A DNA stretch of 64,000 nt, taken from NCBI RefSeq assembly GCF_947568905.1, contig NC_079170.1, positions 43,090,001 through 43,154,000 on the forward strand, read 5' to 3'. The notes under the pieces were generated by a model. That model saw nothing but the letters and a program-made list of their open reading frames with translations, had not been told where the DNA came from and did no database searches. A program made the position numbers and the translations under genes. The stretch is from Ostrea edulis. Lineage: Eukaryota. Below are positions 12,401 through 26,674 of this stretch, piece by piece (positions within the stretch are counted from its first letter, which is position 1; every line of letters starts with the position of its first letter).

Positions 12401-15400
12401 TTAGTTCTGGTATTATAAAGTTCAACCAATTGACAATTGAGTTTTGAGATTTAATTCTGTATCTATTGATTGAACATTCAGGGGAACTAAATCAATCATG
12501 TGTTACTGTTTGGGATATTCTGAATTTCCATCTAACGGGACAATCAACACTTCACATCTACACGTGTATTTTTGTTACACATGTAATCTACGACTACATG
12601 TCGTTAGCATGTATCTAATTATCTATTTGTTATCCTAGTATTCAATATTTTAACTAACTACTATTTAAAACAATTGAAAACAATTACCATGGCAATTGAA
12701 CTTACATTTTGGGGCAGGGGGGAAGGGGCTTACTTGATAATATTCAGAACCTTTGCATGCTTAGCAATGAGAACAAATTGTACAAGAAAATCTTTCTCTT
12801 CATACAGTATGTATTACCATTTAGAGACACACTGAATTTTGATTATACCTTTAGAAACTTCACATCACCTTGTCATCTTTATAAATAAATAATATGTCTT
12901 TAAATCAGGCAAAAGACATAAAATGCTTAAATCAGAAAAATATAAAATATTCTCAAAGAAGATTCTGAATACCATCTTCTAATAACAATTTTTCAAATTT
13001 GCTTTTCTTGCAGAAATTTTTTTTTCTAAATAAATTTTGCTACTTATATCAAAACATCTGGAGAAAGAGAATGACAAATTTATACAGTTTTATTATACTT
13101 TACATGTGTCGTTTGATTTTTGCTCTACTTCAAAATCGCAATAATGCGGACAAAATTTTACGCAGCACGCAGGTTAATGAAGCTAATTCACAGCATGCAG
13201 TGTCAAGCAGCAATACATTGTACATCAAAATAAAAACAACGTTACCCGCAGGCTGATCTTAAAAAAGTGAATGTGAAAGCACCAACATAAATTAGAATTC
13301 AAACAAAACCTACACATACACAATATAATACAGTGCTTGGTATATTCTATTGCTGGGAAGTTTACGAAGCTGGATGGAGGGGAATCCCCACGGGTAAGAC
13401 CTACAGCTAATACTGGCTTAACCTTCGTCTCCCACGTTCATTTCAGCGATATTTGCATCTAATTTCGTTATAAGCAGACCTGGTTATTGCTGACTAAGTT
13501 TGATATATAATTATATATAAATATATATATATATATAGCAAGTGTAATTATCTACTAATATATTGTCTTGTGGCCCTGAAAGAGGAATTTGTGCAGGAAT
13601 ATAATATATACAAGTAGAATACGGTTTTATTGTTCCAAATTTTTGTAGATTTCATTAAATTTATTAATAACCTCCCATTTTATAAAAACGGTATACTTTC
13701 TATGTTATGCGTTTAAACAGAAATAGTTCTATTCTTAGTGCAATTTGTATTAAGATTGTTATTGGTGAATTTGACTTTAAAGTTAACAGAAATAGTTACT
13801 CTACTATATCAAACCGTTCTTTAGGTTGGGAGAGAAAACTAGTTTTCGGAAAATAATATCATTGACAAGTACATGTATTTTTATTGTTATCTCAAATTCA
13901 CTGGTTATCAGAGAAGCGATTCACAACATGGTGACCGTTGATGACGGTCCGAGTTGTGCAACATTGACTAAGATATTTCAGGAGGAAACTTTACTTTAAT
14001 ATGACTATCTTAATAGGTTAGATTACAAAAAAACCCAAAACCAGTAGCAATAGGTGAGAGTTCATGAGCAGTTAGTTTTACAGCCAGCCCCATTAGATCT
14101 AAAAATAAAACTGAGAAACAAAGCCCAAAGTCCAAACGACACCAAGACGTGTCTCTACTGACCAGCGTCATCTGTGTACCAAAAAATAAAACGCTCAGAG
14201 TTACATGTGTGTAGTTGTACAGGACATAGGATCGAATTTACGAATTTATCCTGAATATTCAAAACGTAAAATATAAAACTTTTACTACACATTTACCGGT
14301 ATCTAGTATACTTCCTCAAAATATTACATGCATATCACAACTTTTTCTACCAAACAATAATCATTACAAGCGAAGACTATCATATTCAGGCTAAATAACA
14401 GCTGTATAACACTTTGATAGATATATATATATCATTCATTTCAAAAAAAAAATATTGCAACTAAAAGCTACTATTGCATTTTCCGGACATGCGAACTCTC
14501 TTTTGCCCTCTAAAAATGACTCCTCCTTACGAGATGAAGTGCTGTTACAGATTTTAGAGCAGTACAATGAACATGTTTAAGATCTGACACATTGTAAATT
14601 ACAAAAGTGATTAACAAAATGTGAAACCATGATATTGTTTCATACAGTTGTTTAAGGACTCAAGCCTCAGCGCATATATAAGGAGAGGGCGGGGCTTGCT
14701 CCAGATTTACCTCGAAGTACTCCCGCTGGTCCTTGTTGCGTTTGGCCACAGCCCGCCATTCTCTAAATAACACAATCCCCACACTGACGAAGTAGATCCT
14801 CTTCAGCTTGTGATAGGCCACTGTAAAACAATGTCATATTATGGTGCGCGTGCTCTCGAATAATTAGAATATGAAAAGTAAGTCCTCAAGCTTTCTCTTA
14901 TCATCTTATCAAATCCAGTACCATTACTGTACATCAATACGACACAATTACTGTCCATCGACATGATACGATTAGTGGAAATACGACTACAGTAGACTGA
15001 TACAATTATTATTGACTGTTATGATATTATTAATGTCGAATAATGTGATACAATTAATGTCGACTGATGTGATACAATTACATGACCAATACAATTAATG
15101 TCGACTGATATGATACGATTATATGATATCAATAATGTCGACTGATATGACACGATTACATATTAATAATGTCGACTGATATGATACAATATATATTACA
15201 TGATATTATTAATGTTGACTGATATGATACGAGTGCATGATATCAATAATGTTGACTGATATGATACGATTACATGATATTATTAATATCGACTGATATG
15301 ATTCAATTACATGATACTAATAATGTCGACTGATATGATATGATTACATGATATCAATAATGTCCACTGATATGATATGATTACATGATATTATTAATAT

Positions 15401-18400
15401 CGACTGATATGATTCAATTACATGATACTAATAATGTCGACTGATATGATATGATTACATGATATCAATAATGTCCACTGATATGATATGATTACATGAT
15501 ATTATTAATATCGACTAATATGATATATGATTACATGATATTACTAATGTCGACTGATATGATACGATTACATGATATCATTAATATTGACTCATATAAT
15601 ATGATTAATGTCAACTGCTCACTACTTACTAGCTTGACATCCTTTTCTATATCGTAACCAGTCCTAAAACATTTCAAAACAATTCATTTCCCTGGTAATT
15701 TTTAATCATTTACTGCATTAATATATAAACAATTCATTTCCCTGGTAATTCTTAATCATTTACTGCATTAATAAATAAACAATTTACTGCAATCGGGACA
15801 GCTCAAAGTTCAACTTGACAATTTACAAATCATAAATCATGAGAATTAGACAATTTGATCCACAGCTTTACACCGCTGTCTCTGTGTAGTGATCTAGGAG
15901 ATGCAATGAATATCTGACTTGGAGATTTTCCTTCAGGAGCTAAATTTAATTTGATGCTTACCCTCCACACATTCAGATGAACTCTCAGGATCCTATGAGC
16001 ATGATGAAGTGCAGCCCGGTTCATCTTTTTCTCCATCGCCTGTTTCTTCTTTTTCTTGTGCAGATAATACTGCATCCAGGCACTGAAATGTCCTCATATT
16101 TAACATTATCTTAATCAATTCATATCTATTTGCTATTTAAGGTTTTGATGTTTGTTGCTCAGACAGAGGTACAACTCTCGGGCAAGAGAATACTGCCATT
16201 CTACCCAGAGTACAATATATATACCTCATTCTTTCTTACCGGTACATGTATCTCAAATTCTACAGAAGTTTTTATCATTCAATTATCAACTCCCACATAC
16301 TGAATATAAAGTAGCTAGGTTAACAAAAATCTGTGGACATTTTGTTACATCTACAAGTGTTGACAGACAGACACACGGACACATTGGTCATTGTAGGAGG
16401 GGTTTCCACACCTTCGATACGAAGTCCTTACAAAATAAGTCCCACTGACAACCTCAGGATGTTCTCTATATTGCTTACACAGCCAAAGTATAACATAAAA
16501 GAACCATCCCGATTGGCTATAACAGTCTGAGATAATTGCATATATTAGATGACTGTTGAGTGTTCCTAAGGAATACCTAATTGCATATGATTGATGTGTG
16601 TAAGTGATGTTCATTATTTTGTATTGATTATACATTAGCCACAGGATTTATTGAAAATGTGATACCAGTGTGCATATAATTGGCATCAAATTGCAAATCT
16701 TCACTTGGGCCACAATTAATTACTGATAACTATGATTACTGTAAGTCACTATATATAAGACACTAATACTAGTATATACTGATCCTCACAGGAGCCAGCG
16801 GAGGGTTAAGTTTGGTCTAGAGCTACATGCATAAGACTACATTATATAACAGTAGATTTTCATAATTATGTTTATTACAAATTTTATAATGATCGGCTCA
16901 GTTTAGAATTAATTCTTACCTAAAACACATGTTTTTTAGACTCATGTTGTAATGACCATAAGCTGTGGCATACATTTCAGGAGTGGGCTGAAAAAACCAA
17001 ACAAAGCTGCGATTATTTTTTGTTTTCACTTTCTTCAATTTAACTGGATAAAAGAAATAATAAAGCGAATCAATGCTGTAAATCAAAGCAACAACGATAT
17101 TCTTATTACTTTAACTTGGAAAAAAAGATTGATTTTTCAAATTGCTGACTTCAGTTTATTTAATTTGTTTGTCAAATTTAAATGATTGATGATAAAAGAA
17201 TCGCAAATCAAGAAATATATCTGCTGTAAAATAAAGCACCAAGAGAAAATAGCATATCATAACTTATAAAATAAAATATTAATCTTACTAATCATGTAGT
17301 TGTAAATTTCTCAACTTTTAAATTTTAAAACATATCAATATATACCGATATCACTGCATGTGTACAGTCACTTATACTTACTTCTTGAGGCTCTGACATA
17401 CTAATTTCCATATATTAAGGTGATCAGTATTTATATGACAATAACCATCCAATTCTTGCTGTATATCATTAATAGTTTAAATTCTGTGAACTGTCTTAAT
17501 GTTTCCTGCACTGAGCCAAGTCATACCTGTAGGACTCAATTTACACTGTACCCACAAAATCAATACTACAGTTCCCTGGATTTTCACTGTTCTAACAAAT
17601 CCAGTCACCCTGTTAATATTTTATGACTGCATGCTTCTTAAGCAAAGTTACAAATCTATATACACACATTAACAAGCACTTGTCTCTACATCGACACCTT
17701 TCCCACCTACATATCACACGATCATCTAATTCTAAATGTATGTCTTCTACCACTATAAAACACTCCGATAATCTGTCTATTATCTGCTGGGTCTAAGACA
17801 TAGAATAATATGTTAGAGAGATTGGACAGAGAAAGGTATCCCATAATCCATTACTACTATCCCATAATCCTTTACTGCTATATCCCATAATCCTTTACCA
17901 CACCTCTTTACTGTGACTTAGACTACCAATGATGACAAGGGAGCATATCTCTATAAGGGCTTACAGCAAAGAGGTACCAAGGTTCCAAGATACACATTAA
18001 GGAGTATTGCATAAGATCCTGCATTTCCTAGTAAAGCAGTTGAAGGAATATGTCAGACCCTAGTGAGAAGAAAGCTGGTCACATGACCTGTAGTCTGAAC
18101 AATCAGAGAGGAATTATCTGACCTCAGTATCCAGAGCATGTAAGATGTGAAATTGTGTCAATCAGTAATGTGTAGTTCTATCATTATATCATTTTTATAT
18201 TAAATTAAATGTACATCCATAGTATTTCATTCTTTGTTGATCTACTGTCCATTTGGAATTTAATTGTGTTGCAGTACTACATGTACTTTAGTACGAGTAT
18301 TATGAATTATTAATCCTTTGATTAAGATCTGTCACTAAATGATCTGTTCTTGACCTGTGATAATCAATATCCTTCTTTGGTTTCTCTTTCCTTTTCTGAT

Positions 18401-21400
18401 AAATCTAACTGCTACATAATTTCAGCAAGAGGCCTGTGGACCATGACACTAGCCTGGCTGTGATTAATCATTTCATTATACGCATGAAGTCTGTCTATTA
18501 TATATGAAGGCATTGCCACCAAGGCAAGTCTGAAAACTCTGTGATTGAGTCATTCAGCAGTAATTTGACCTTGACATGTATTACTGGTATAAATCAGTTC
18601 ACTTGTAGGACTTCACATTCATGTACACAGATTCTGACCTTTAATAAACTTTTCACTTAATACATCTAAATGTGACTTCATCATCCTATAACAGTTCAAA
18701 TGATAGGGTCAGTGTTATAATTTAACCTTTGGTCTTAATATATGACTTTGAACTTTATCTTACAAGAGATTTTGACTATGGCATTTCGCTTCACTAAATA
18801 TGAAGTTTTTATTTTGTATAGGTCAAAGTGTTATGACCAAGGCTACAGGTACAAATAGGAAACCCCTAAATATGCATGATCCCACATTTTCTTACTCAAG
18901 GATTTAACAAAATTTAGCCTGTCGGAGTGTAGATGCCCATTTTGGATTTTCAACCCCTCTGGAATGATAGTGACAAACTGTCATAAGTAAATAAACATCT
19001 TACGCAAAGTTATTGCTAAGTAATCAGAAAGTCCACTTGAGACTAATTAATGGCTTAAATGATCTAATGAAAATTGAATATTTTCTACTCTGCATAATAC
19101 CGATAATTGTAAACATTTGGTTGGTCAATGTGTGTGGTGAATTCTGTGCGAAATTATCAAGGTATAAAAGAAGTTCATGGACATTCCATTTTGCTTTTTT
19201 GTTATTAAAATCATGCAATTCATCATATCTGATCTAATATTATCAAAGCATGCATCTTTTTTTCTAATTGTGCTTAATTGTCATTATAGAGTACACAAAT
19301 GGTTTGTAAACTCCTTCAGATAAATGTATGCTCATGCAAATTGCCCAGTGTACGTGTTTGTACAGGTTTGTGACAATGATTAAGGAAAGCTAGAATATTG
19401 CCATTTTCAGATGTTTCATTCTCTATGTGATCCCATGCATGCTATTAAGGTCTCCAACATGCAAGTTTTCTCAGCTGTAAGGAAATGCAAGGCTGCACAC
19501 TGGATTGACAAACATGAATTTTGTTAAACGAGTTATAGAAGACAAGTTCAATTTCACAAAATCCAAACTTCACTCATCAAACAGTCATCCTTGAAAGCAA
19601 AACCGAAGTGTTAATGGTAGAGACATTCTCTAGATTATATCTAAATACAGCAGTCTAAATTTTTTATTTAATCATTTGAACTTTTTCTCGACTTACATGT
19701 AAGCCATTGATGAGTGTACATAGGGATACACTTTCAAAATTTGCGCAACCAAAATCAAACACTTAATAAACATATATGGACACATTTTTTTCTCACTCAT
19801 TTTCTGGATGAAGCAATAGTTTAACAAGATCTCTCAATCAACTCTACGAAAACAGAAGTCAGTTTGCAGCCCAACATATGAAATGAGTTAAATGAGAACT
19901 GGACACCATTCCACGTGTGAGAGGTGAGGCTATGACAAGTATAAAGCTTAAAGAATAGAGCAGACCCAGATTGTACGGTTCTTGGTAATGCCTTCAAATC
20001 GGCCACCAAAATACCCCTGTCCTCTCTGAATGTTGACGGGAATGTCTATATAATCCTACAAAAATTCAGTCTACAAATTAAAATAACACAGTACATTGTC
20101 TTGCACCATACATAAGACTTGTTTCAAAGTTACGTGCCAACTATGGCTATTCAATCTTGGAATGAAAGTCTACATGAAACTTAATTAGTGTAACAAATGT
20201 GCACATAAATGTTTACAAAATGATAGATGACTCCCAAAATTGATAGCTTAATTAACGACTACTATATAATGCATACATTCAGACTCCATGCACCCAAATA
20301 TTTTGAAAGATGTGATTATTTAAACATATCTGTGTAAAGGGGAAAACACAGCCAATTGCGCCTATATTGTTAATTTAACATTAAATGAATTTTAACCTTA
20401 AATTAATTTAACATTATTTTAATGTTAAATTGACATTAATAGATAATTCATTGTTTAACGTCAAATGTGTTAAAGTTAAATTACATTAAATGCTTAATGT
20501 TAATTTAACAATTTAATGTTAAGCTGTGTAGGGGCCAAACCCACATATATACTTATAGACTCAGTCTTGGATTTCTCGAAAAAATCCCAAACTTAAGTTT
20601 GGGTTTTCTTTTAATTGAACAGTCAAAATATGAGTAAAATCCAAGTTTCGATTTAAGTTTATTTCAAGAAATCCAGGCTGGGTCTTTCGTGTCTGAAAGA
20701 CATGGGCGTCTTACAGTGTATGGTCTCATTGTCTGGTGACTTAATTAAGATGGCTTTCTCCCTAGATATCAAAATTACCCATTCAACCTCTTTGAATGGG
20801 TATACTTTGTATATATTGATTAGCTGAAATCAATGTGCTTGGAATATAAGATTGTGAGCATTATAACATGGTTAATAAAGTTTTTAATTCTTTTAAAGGT
20901 ATTAGAAAATTTAAAATATATATAATTGTAATACACTGGTACTATGTACAGTATTTTGCTGTGAGAATAAGTTAATCAAGGAATATGTAATGATATACAA
21001 TTGAAATGTATATTAATAAGCGTTAGTTATCTGAGCTGAAAATATTTTTGCACATTGCAGTTCTGCTAGAAAAATATAAAAATTAAATGTTAATATTTTC
21101 TCATTAAAAAAGAGGAAAAGTCTGTATTTTGTGGATATAAAAAAAATTAAAGTATCAGTATAGATCAGCTAGCTTTTAATTGTGTTCAGCATAAAAGTTG
21201 TTTTGAAAAATTGATAAGTGCAATGTTTTGTACCATGTCCTTTTCATCCTAGAAATGGGAAAAAATTAAAAGCAAAAATTTCAACAAACAATACACTAAT
21301 GAAAAATCATAATTATATCAATTCTGATGAAACGTACATTTAAAAAAAAAAACAGGATTGAAGGATTTGATTTAAACTCTCAACTGGAAAATGAATATGT

Positions 21401-24400
21401 ACAAGTATAAGTAAATAACTGAGAAAATGAATAAATAATATGAAAAAACAGTATACAATGGATTTAATGGGTATTATATTGTTTTAACTATACTGGTTAA
21501 AATGCCATAATTCCCACATTGCATAAAATCAAAAGGAGAAAATTTTCAATCCATCAAGAATTCAAAATAACAAAAACTATAAATATTGTACTAGATATTT
21601 CCATATAGTTCTGCACCTGTATGTGATAAAAAAAAAAAAATTATCTTACTGAACCAAATCACCAGAAAAATTCTGTATCCTACACTTACAAAATACAGGC
21701 GAATGGGAAAGTCGGGAAATCGTTTCATAATTTCAAGCTAAAAGTGAACACACTTTAATAAGGTAGACTTCTAAATATATATCACAATTTTTTTTATCAG
21801 TCTCAATAGTGTTGTGTAGACCCTATAGGGAATATGGTATTAAGGATTTCAGTGAATATCAATTGTTATTTTGGGTTTGGTTGGTGAACATGATTATATG
21901 GGTATGGTAATATGAATTTAGACTATACATGTATCAATATAATAACTGTTAACAGAAATACAATCCAGTCCCATATAGGGTGTGCTTTTATCATTTTGTT
22001 TCACATGAATTAAACTACATTATATTTCATATTAAAAACATATGGATTGACTTTAAAGAAAAAGCATGTAAACATGCATGAACAATGCAGCACAGGAAAT
22101 GATTTGCTATTTCAAAAATTCATATTGCACATGAATGGAAACCTATAATTGGATGGATTTACATTTTTTAAAGAAAAACCACTAAAATTACATCTCAATC
22201 AAACAATGCATCAAATAAAAAAAAAAAAGAAACATGTTCTATGTATCGGACTGACTTTCTATTAGAATAAATATGATATCTTCATACCTCCCCCCTTTTC
22301 ACTGACTATATATATATGCATGCTCTGTTATAAATGACATGTGACCAAGAAAAATGGCTGCCTATTCCTGCTGCCTAATCCTATATATGTATTTATTGTT
22401 CATATATACATGAATAAATTACTGTTCAAATCAAATCAAGTATAATAGATATACAAGAACTATTACTTTGGTGTTTAATTACCTGGCCATATTTTTTCAG
22501 TTTTATATCATGATTTATTCTCATGCATATGTCTAGCTTTATGTTTTGTGACACAGCCAAAACAACATGTAATATGTGAGGAAATGCTTCAGCATATATA
22601 TCTAAAATTCTCAATAAGGACATGATAACCACAGCATGGATTACTTACAATCATACTCTCGTCGTCAAGGTTGAAGATGAAATCCAAGTTGCTCTCTGTA
22701 ATGATTTTATTTGGAGGCCTCATGTGTTCTTCCACAAACATATCCCTACAAAATGACAGAAGTCATTGTAGTACTCCATCTTTAACTTCCACAGAACTCA
22801 TTGTAGTACCCCATCTTTAACTTCCACAGACTTTTCTTGATATTAAACTGATATATAAAGTACATGTATTAATTACTAAATAATGCCTACAAATTTACAC
22901 CAAGAAATTCAGTGGAAGTACGTTCATATGTGTAATGACATATTGATTCAAAAACTTTCTAATCATTTTGTTCTACTTTTGAATCATTTTGTAGTACATT
23001 TTTTCTACATATAAAACTTTCTAATCATTTTGTTCTACTTTTGAATCATTTTGTAGTACATTTTTTCTATATATAAAACTTTCTAATCATTTTGTAGTAC
23101 ATTTTTTCTACGTATTTATGAACTGTAGTAAGGAGTGGAGGACTGTTAACCAATGCTCTAACTAACAGGAGTATCCACAGAGCCAAAGTCATTTAAAGAA
23201 AGACAACTAGTCTATAAGATAGAATACAATAGACCCTATACTTTCTAATGAACTGATAGTTCGCTTTTAATGTGTGTAATCAATCTGTAACAGATGGGGC
23301 TATATGGACCATGGATATTGGCCTGGGTAGCTCAGTGACTGGTTAGAGCACCTTATTAGTGATGCAGGGGTCTCAGATTCGATTCCCGGCCCAGCCATAA
23401 ATTTTCTCCCTTCCTAAATATATTACATTTGGTGCAGTTGACCACCCCTTCAGGTGAAAGTCCTGCCAAAAGCAAAAAAATCTGAGTTGTGTGTCTTTGA
23501 GAGTGAAAACAATTAAGGAGGGAGTAAAATGTAGTACACCTAATTAAGTCTATATGGACTATGTGGATACTCAGTGCATAGAACACCTGACTAGTAAGGC
23601 AGAGGTCCCAGGTTTGATTCCTGGTCCAGCCCAAAATTTTCTCCTTTCCTATATTACAATTAAATAACACCAGATCTGATAACTTCATATTATTGAATAC
23701 TATTAAAGATGTACTACAATTTCAAACTTGATAGGATTCAAATACCAATTAAGCTCATCAATTCCATTTTCTTTCAGGCATCTGAGTTTATCAAGGATAA
23801 ACTGAAGTGGATCTCCAGGACACATAACTGCTAATCCTGTGAGAAGGGCCTGCAATGTAACAATAAGGTCAATCAGACAGTGAAACACAGGAATATCAAC
23901 CTGAACAGAGACACATAGCAAAAAATAACAGTTGTCCAAAGTCTCACATTATCTCATGGCCTGTGGTACTTTGATAAAAATGCACAATTTATGCTCTGAT
24001 TTAAAATTCATTTTACCATTTTGATAATCAAAGATCTATATTAATTTCGTCCAAATCCTATCAAGAAAACATTTAAATATATTTCTATAACAGAAAAATT
24101 AAAGCGTGGTCTCAAGAGGGCAACACATGCTCTGAAAGTCGACCAAATCAGCAAGATTTTAGCTTGCAATTTTTTTTTAAATTTGCCTCAATTATCTTTT
24201 GTTTAAACTTCACTTCACATCAGTTCATCAAACCAATTAACAGTCTATGCGAAAGACATCGGACCGTCGGACCTGACCGATGTGCAGTGCCTCAGGTCCG
24301 ATGTGTCATTTTTTACACCGGACCGGAATGTCCGATGTCTCAGTATTCGGTTTTAAGCTTTATTATTTTGACGCGGAGTCAATTAAATGTTTGTTATAAG

Positions 24401-25919
24401 TAAAAAATATCACACAAATCCAAATACGTAAATGAATGTGATTAAACCGCATGGACCGTCTAAAGTATTATGCGGGAGGGATCCCTGGTATAGTATTACT
24501 AGTATAATAAATAAGATTTCCTTGGTTTTGCATTTTCACGTGTTTCTCTTTTTTACATTAGGTTTTTCGGTCTGACAAAATTTGGTTCGGTCCGGTGTGT
24601 TCATTGATTACACAGGACCGAATGTCCTGTGTGGTCCAAAAAACTTTCGTATAGACTGAATTAATATATAAAAATTGATAATTTATAGGTGCATGAGCCC
24701 ATGAAATTAAGAGGTAAACACACTGCTGAAGGAGTGGCTAGTCTCACGTTATATAATGCCTCTGATATATGATGCTGGTCATATCACGTTAAAAGAATAA
24801 AAATACTTTCATATTGGGCATTTAATTCTGGTAAATATACACAGTGAACACTTTGTGAATTAACTTAAAATGAATAAAAGTTATCATGGAAACACATCAC
24901 ATCACCTCCCCTGGTCCATGGAATTAGCAGAAACGCCGAAAACTCAAGGTAATTACCAAAAACACCCCCAAAAATGCCAAAAACACCAATAATCATTAAA
25001 ACACATATACATGATATTAGATCATATTTACAGAGTGTATATACATGTACATTCCCAAAGTTTTGTTCAAATTGATAGAAAATTGAATGATTTATGGCTA
25101 ATCTTTATCAGCATGTATAGATGCTCCACAATAGTTGCCGTGCTATTTATAGCAACTTCATCGGACATATTATATCTAATCTTATTGTAATGGAAAAATA
25201 TATTTGTCACATCTTCAAAACAGAAATGATGGTTGCAATGTGAATGAATTTTATGAAATGACAAATAACCACCTCCTTTGCCAACGATGTCGCCGAGAAA
25301 TGCAATTTCAAAACTTAGCCATAAATCATTCAATTTTCCAATGTAATGGTCAACCTAGTTCGATCGCCAGTGGCCAGATAGATCAGATGGTAGAGCACCT
25401 GAGTGGAGATTCAGAGGGACCGGGTTCGAATCCCAGTTGGTCCATTGCATTTTCTCCCTTCCTTCCTGTTCCACTATCAATATGAAACTTTGGTAACAAA
25501 TGCGCGTACATGAGATTTACCTAACACCCTGTAAGTGAATTTTAATGATACATTGATGGGGGTTGGGGGGTACTTTCTGTGGAGTTTTTGGTAATTACCT
25601 GATGCTTTCGGTATTTCCTTGAATTCCATGGAACCCTCGCTACTGTACTGTATAATCATAACTATTAAACTATTCAATAGTTTATTGACAGTATTGTTGC
25701 TGTAAACAATTTTGCTTTTTACGTCACAAATACGTATTTCATTCGGTAATATAACTAAATAAATTGTACATGGCCTTTATCCTCTGTAAATTTGCTGCTT
25801 CGGGTTGTTACTACATTTCCCTGCACGCACCTACACCTTACCTCGTATATATCTGGGAGCTTGTTAGAGCGAAGATAACGCTTCAATTCGGGCGTCTGCC
25901 CCTTCATTGAGGCAGCCAT
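437..25919 (-). CDS. FBXL13: F-box and leucine-rich repeat protein 13 (dynein regulatory complex subunit 6), 3' end outside window
   Basis: 20 GT-AG exons joined in frame: 25842-25919 (alternative in-frame ATG at 25928), 23746-23849, 22649-22745, 16920-16987, 15962-16082, 15630-15663, 14711-14820, 11232-11339, 10454-10549, 9008-9033, 5357-5519, 4855-4955, 4111-4240, 3832-3930, 3237-3357, 2475-2637, 1894-2010, 1395-1524, 651-791, 437-517. Product: N-terminal D/D-like segment (ELKRYLRSNKLPDIYEALLTGLAVMCPGDPLQFI), basic helical region, F-box (VFSFLDIADLARCACVCRSWK...LWN) and AMN1-type LRRs (CRNLQDLNLSEC, KKLEYLDLSGCLQ), collinear with vertebrate FBXL13 as recalled. Confidence 0.93.
1185..1438 (-). 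repeat. ~54-57-bp repeat = FBXL13 exon tail + donor
   Basis: Copies of CTGGATATATCCGGCTGTAACTGTTCGGATGAG|GTAAGCAGTG; donors at 1394 (true), 1337 and 1253, plus a degenerate copy. Confidence 0.92.
6921..7521. repeat. 43-bp intronic minisatellite, ~14 copies
   Basis: Unit CCCAGCACTTCACTATAAGCGTGTTTTACTGTAATTGTTCGTC. Confidence 0.95.
9310..10458 (-). repeat. 65-bp minisatellite containing F-box exon sequence and donor, ~17 copies
   Basis: Minus unit GTCATCGCCTACCATAGG|GTAAGGTGTAAACAGATATCGTTAAATGTCACTGGTAACACGTGGCA; period 65 (9481, 9546, 9611...). Confidence 0.96.
11001..11260 (-). repeat. 44-47-bp repeat = FBXL13 exon tail + donor, 5 extra copies
   Basis: Variants of AGCTCGGGATTGAGCTCGCTGTCAAG|GTAAT with exon-end equivalents at 11232 (true), 11185, 11139, 11095, 11050, 11003. 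Confidence 0.9.
14940..15616. repeat. ~37-bp minisatellite starting just inside FBXL13 intron 6
   Basis: Unit ATGTCGACTGATATGATACGATTACATGATATTATTA, increasingly degenerate toward 14940. Confidence 0.9.
20365..20522. repeat. AT-rich imperfect palindrome (foldback/MITE relic)
   Basis: ATTGTTAATTTAACATTAA ... TTAATGTTAATTTAACAAT inverted arms. Confidence 0.45.
20557..20685. mobile_element. Short MITE-like element
   Basis: Inverted ends AGACTCAGTCTTGGATTTCTCGAAA / TTTCAAGAAATCCAGGCTGGGTCT. Confidence 0.45.
23286..23658 (+). mobile_element. TRIM-like miniature LTR element with tRNA-like cassette in both terminal repeats
   Basis: Repeat 1 23286-23427 (TGTAA...TTACA), PBS-like TTTGGTGCAG at 23428, purine tract AAGGAGGGAGTAAAA before repeat 2 23530-23658 (TGTAG...TTACA). 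Both repeats contain A-box/B-box-like motifs (TAGCTCAGTG; GATTCGATTCC / GGTTTGATTCC). No clean TSD. Confidence 0.6.
24241..24658. mobile_element. MITE, CAG...CTG termini, 6-bp TSD
   Basis: TIR CAGTCTATGCGAAAG / CTTTCGTATAGACTG; AATTAA on both flanks. Confidence 0.8.
25342..25473 (+). mobile_element. Solo tRNA-like terminal repeat / tRNA-derived repeat
   Basis: GGCCAGATAGATCAGATGGTAGAGCACCTGA...GGGTTCGAATCCC...TTTTCTCCCTTCC..TGTTCCA; same organisation as the 23286 repeats. Confidence 0.55.
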
Positions 25920-26674
25920 GGTTGCCATTTTTGTAACAAAAAAGAAAACTGTGGTACTGAACTACAAGTTAATCAGTGCAGAATGGGAAAAAAGCATTTC
26001 AAGTTGGAAAGAACAAACATCCCGCCATATTGTTTGGTAGCAACAAGATACCCGGATGTTAGGTTAGATAATGGGAAGTTTGGTTAATTCGTTCTTTATA
26101 AATTCGGGGGGGGGGGGTCATATTGTTTATGCATTTATATATATATATGAACATTGGACATGCATATTTACATTCTCAATGTGTTTGCCTTCGATATCTT
26201 TACCATAATTGGTTAAAAAGCTCAACAGAGCTTGTGTTGACTTATTAAATGTATACGGTATCGACTTCAAATAAAATTTACTGTACTACATTTAAGTTTA
26301 TTGAAAAGATAGCCATTTCCTCATGAATTCATGTGAACGATGTGCATATGAATCTTGTTAAATATAGAACGACTATTCCATAACGACTGGGAATTCTCCG
26401 ACATAAATGAAAAGAGAATGTATATACATGTATATAAAAAAAAAAAATGAATTTCAGTCTTGAAAATACATTATAGGGTATGAACAGCAACGCTTTGAAC
26501 AAGCTTTTAAGTTAACTCGATACTCACAGTTTTATCTGATACAAGTTTAAAATGTGTATTTCTTTCCATTCATTAGAGTTAAAACTAACAAATTATCATA
26601 TAAAATACACAGGTCATCACACTTTTTAAGATATGAGACGTACATAAACAGAATCAGGAGAGTAGTCAGCTGAT

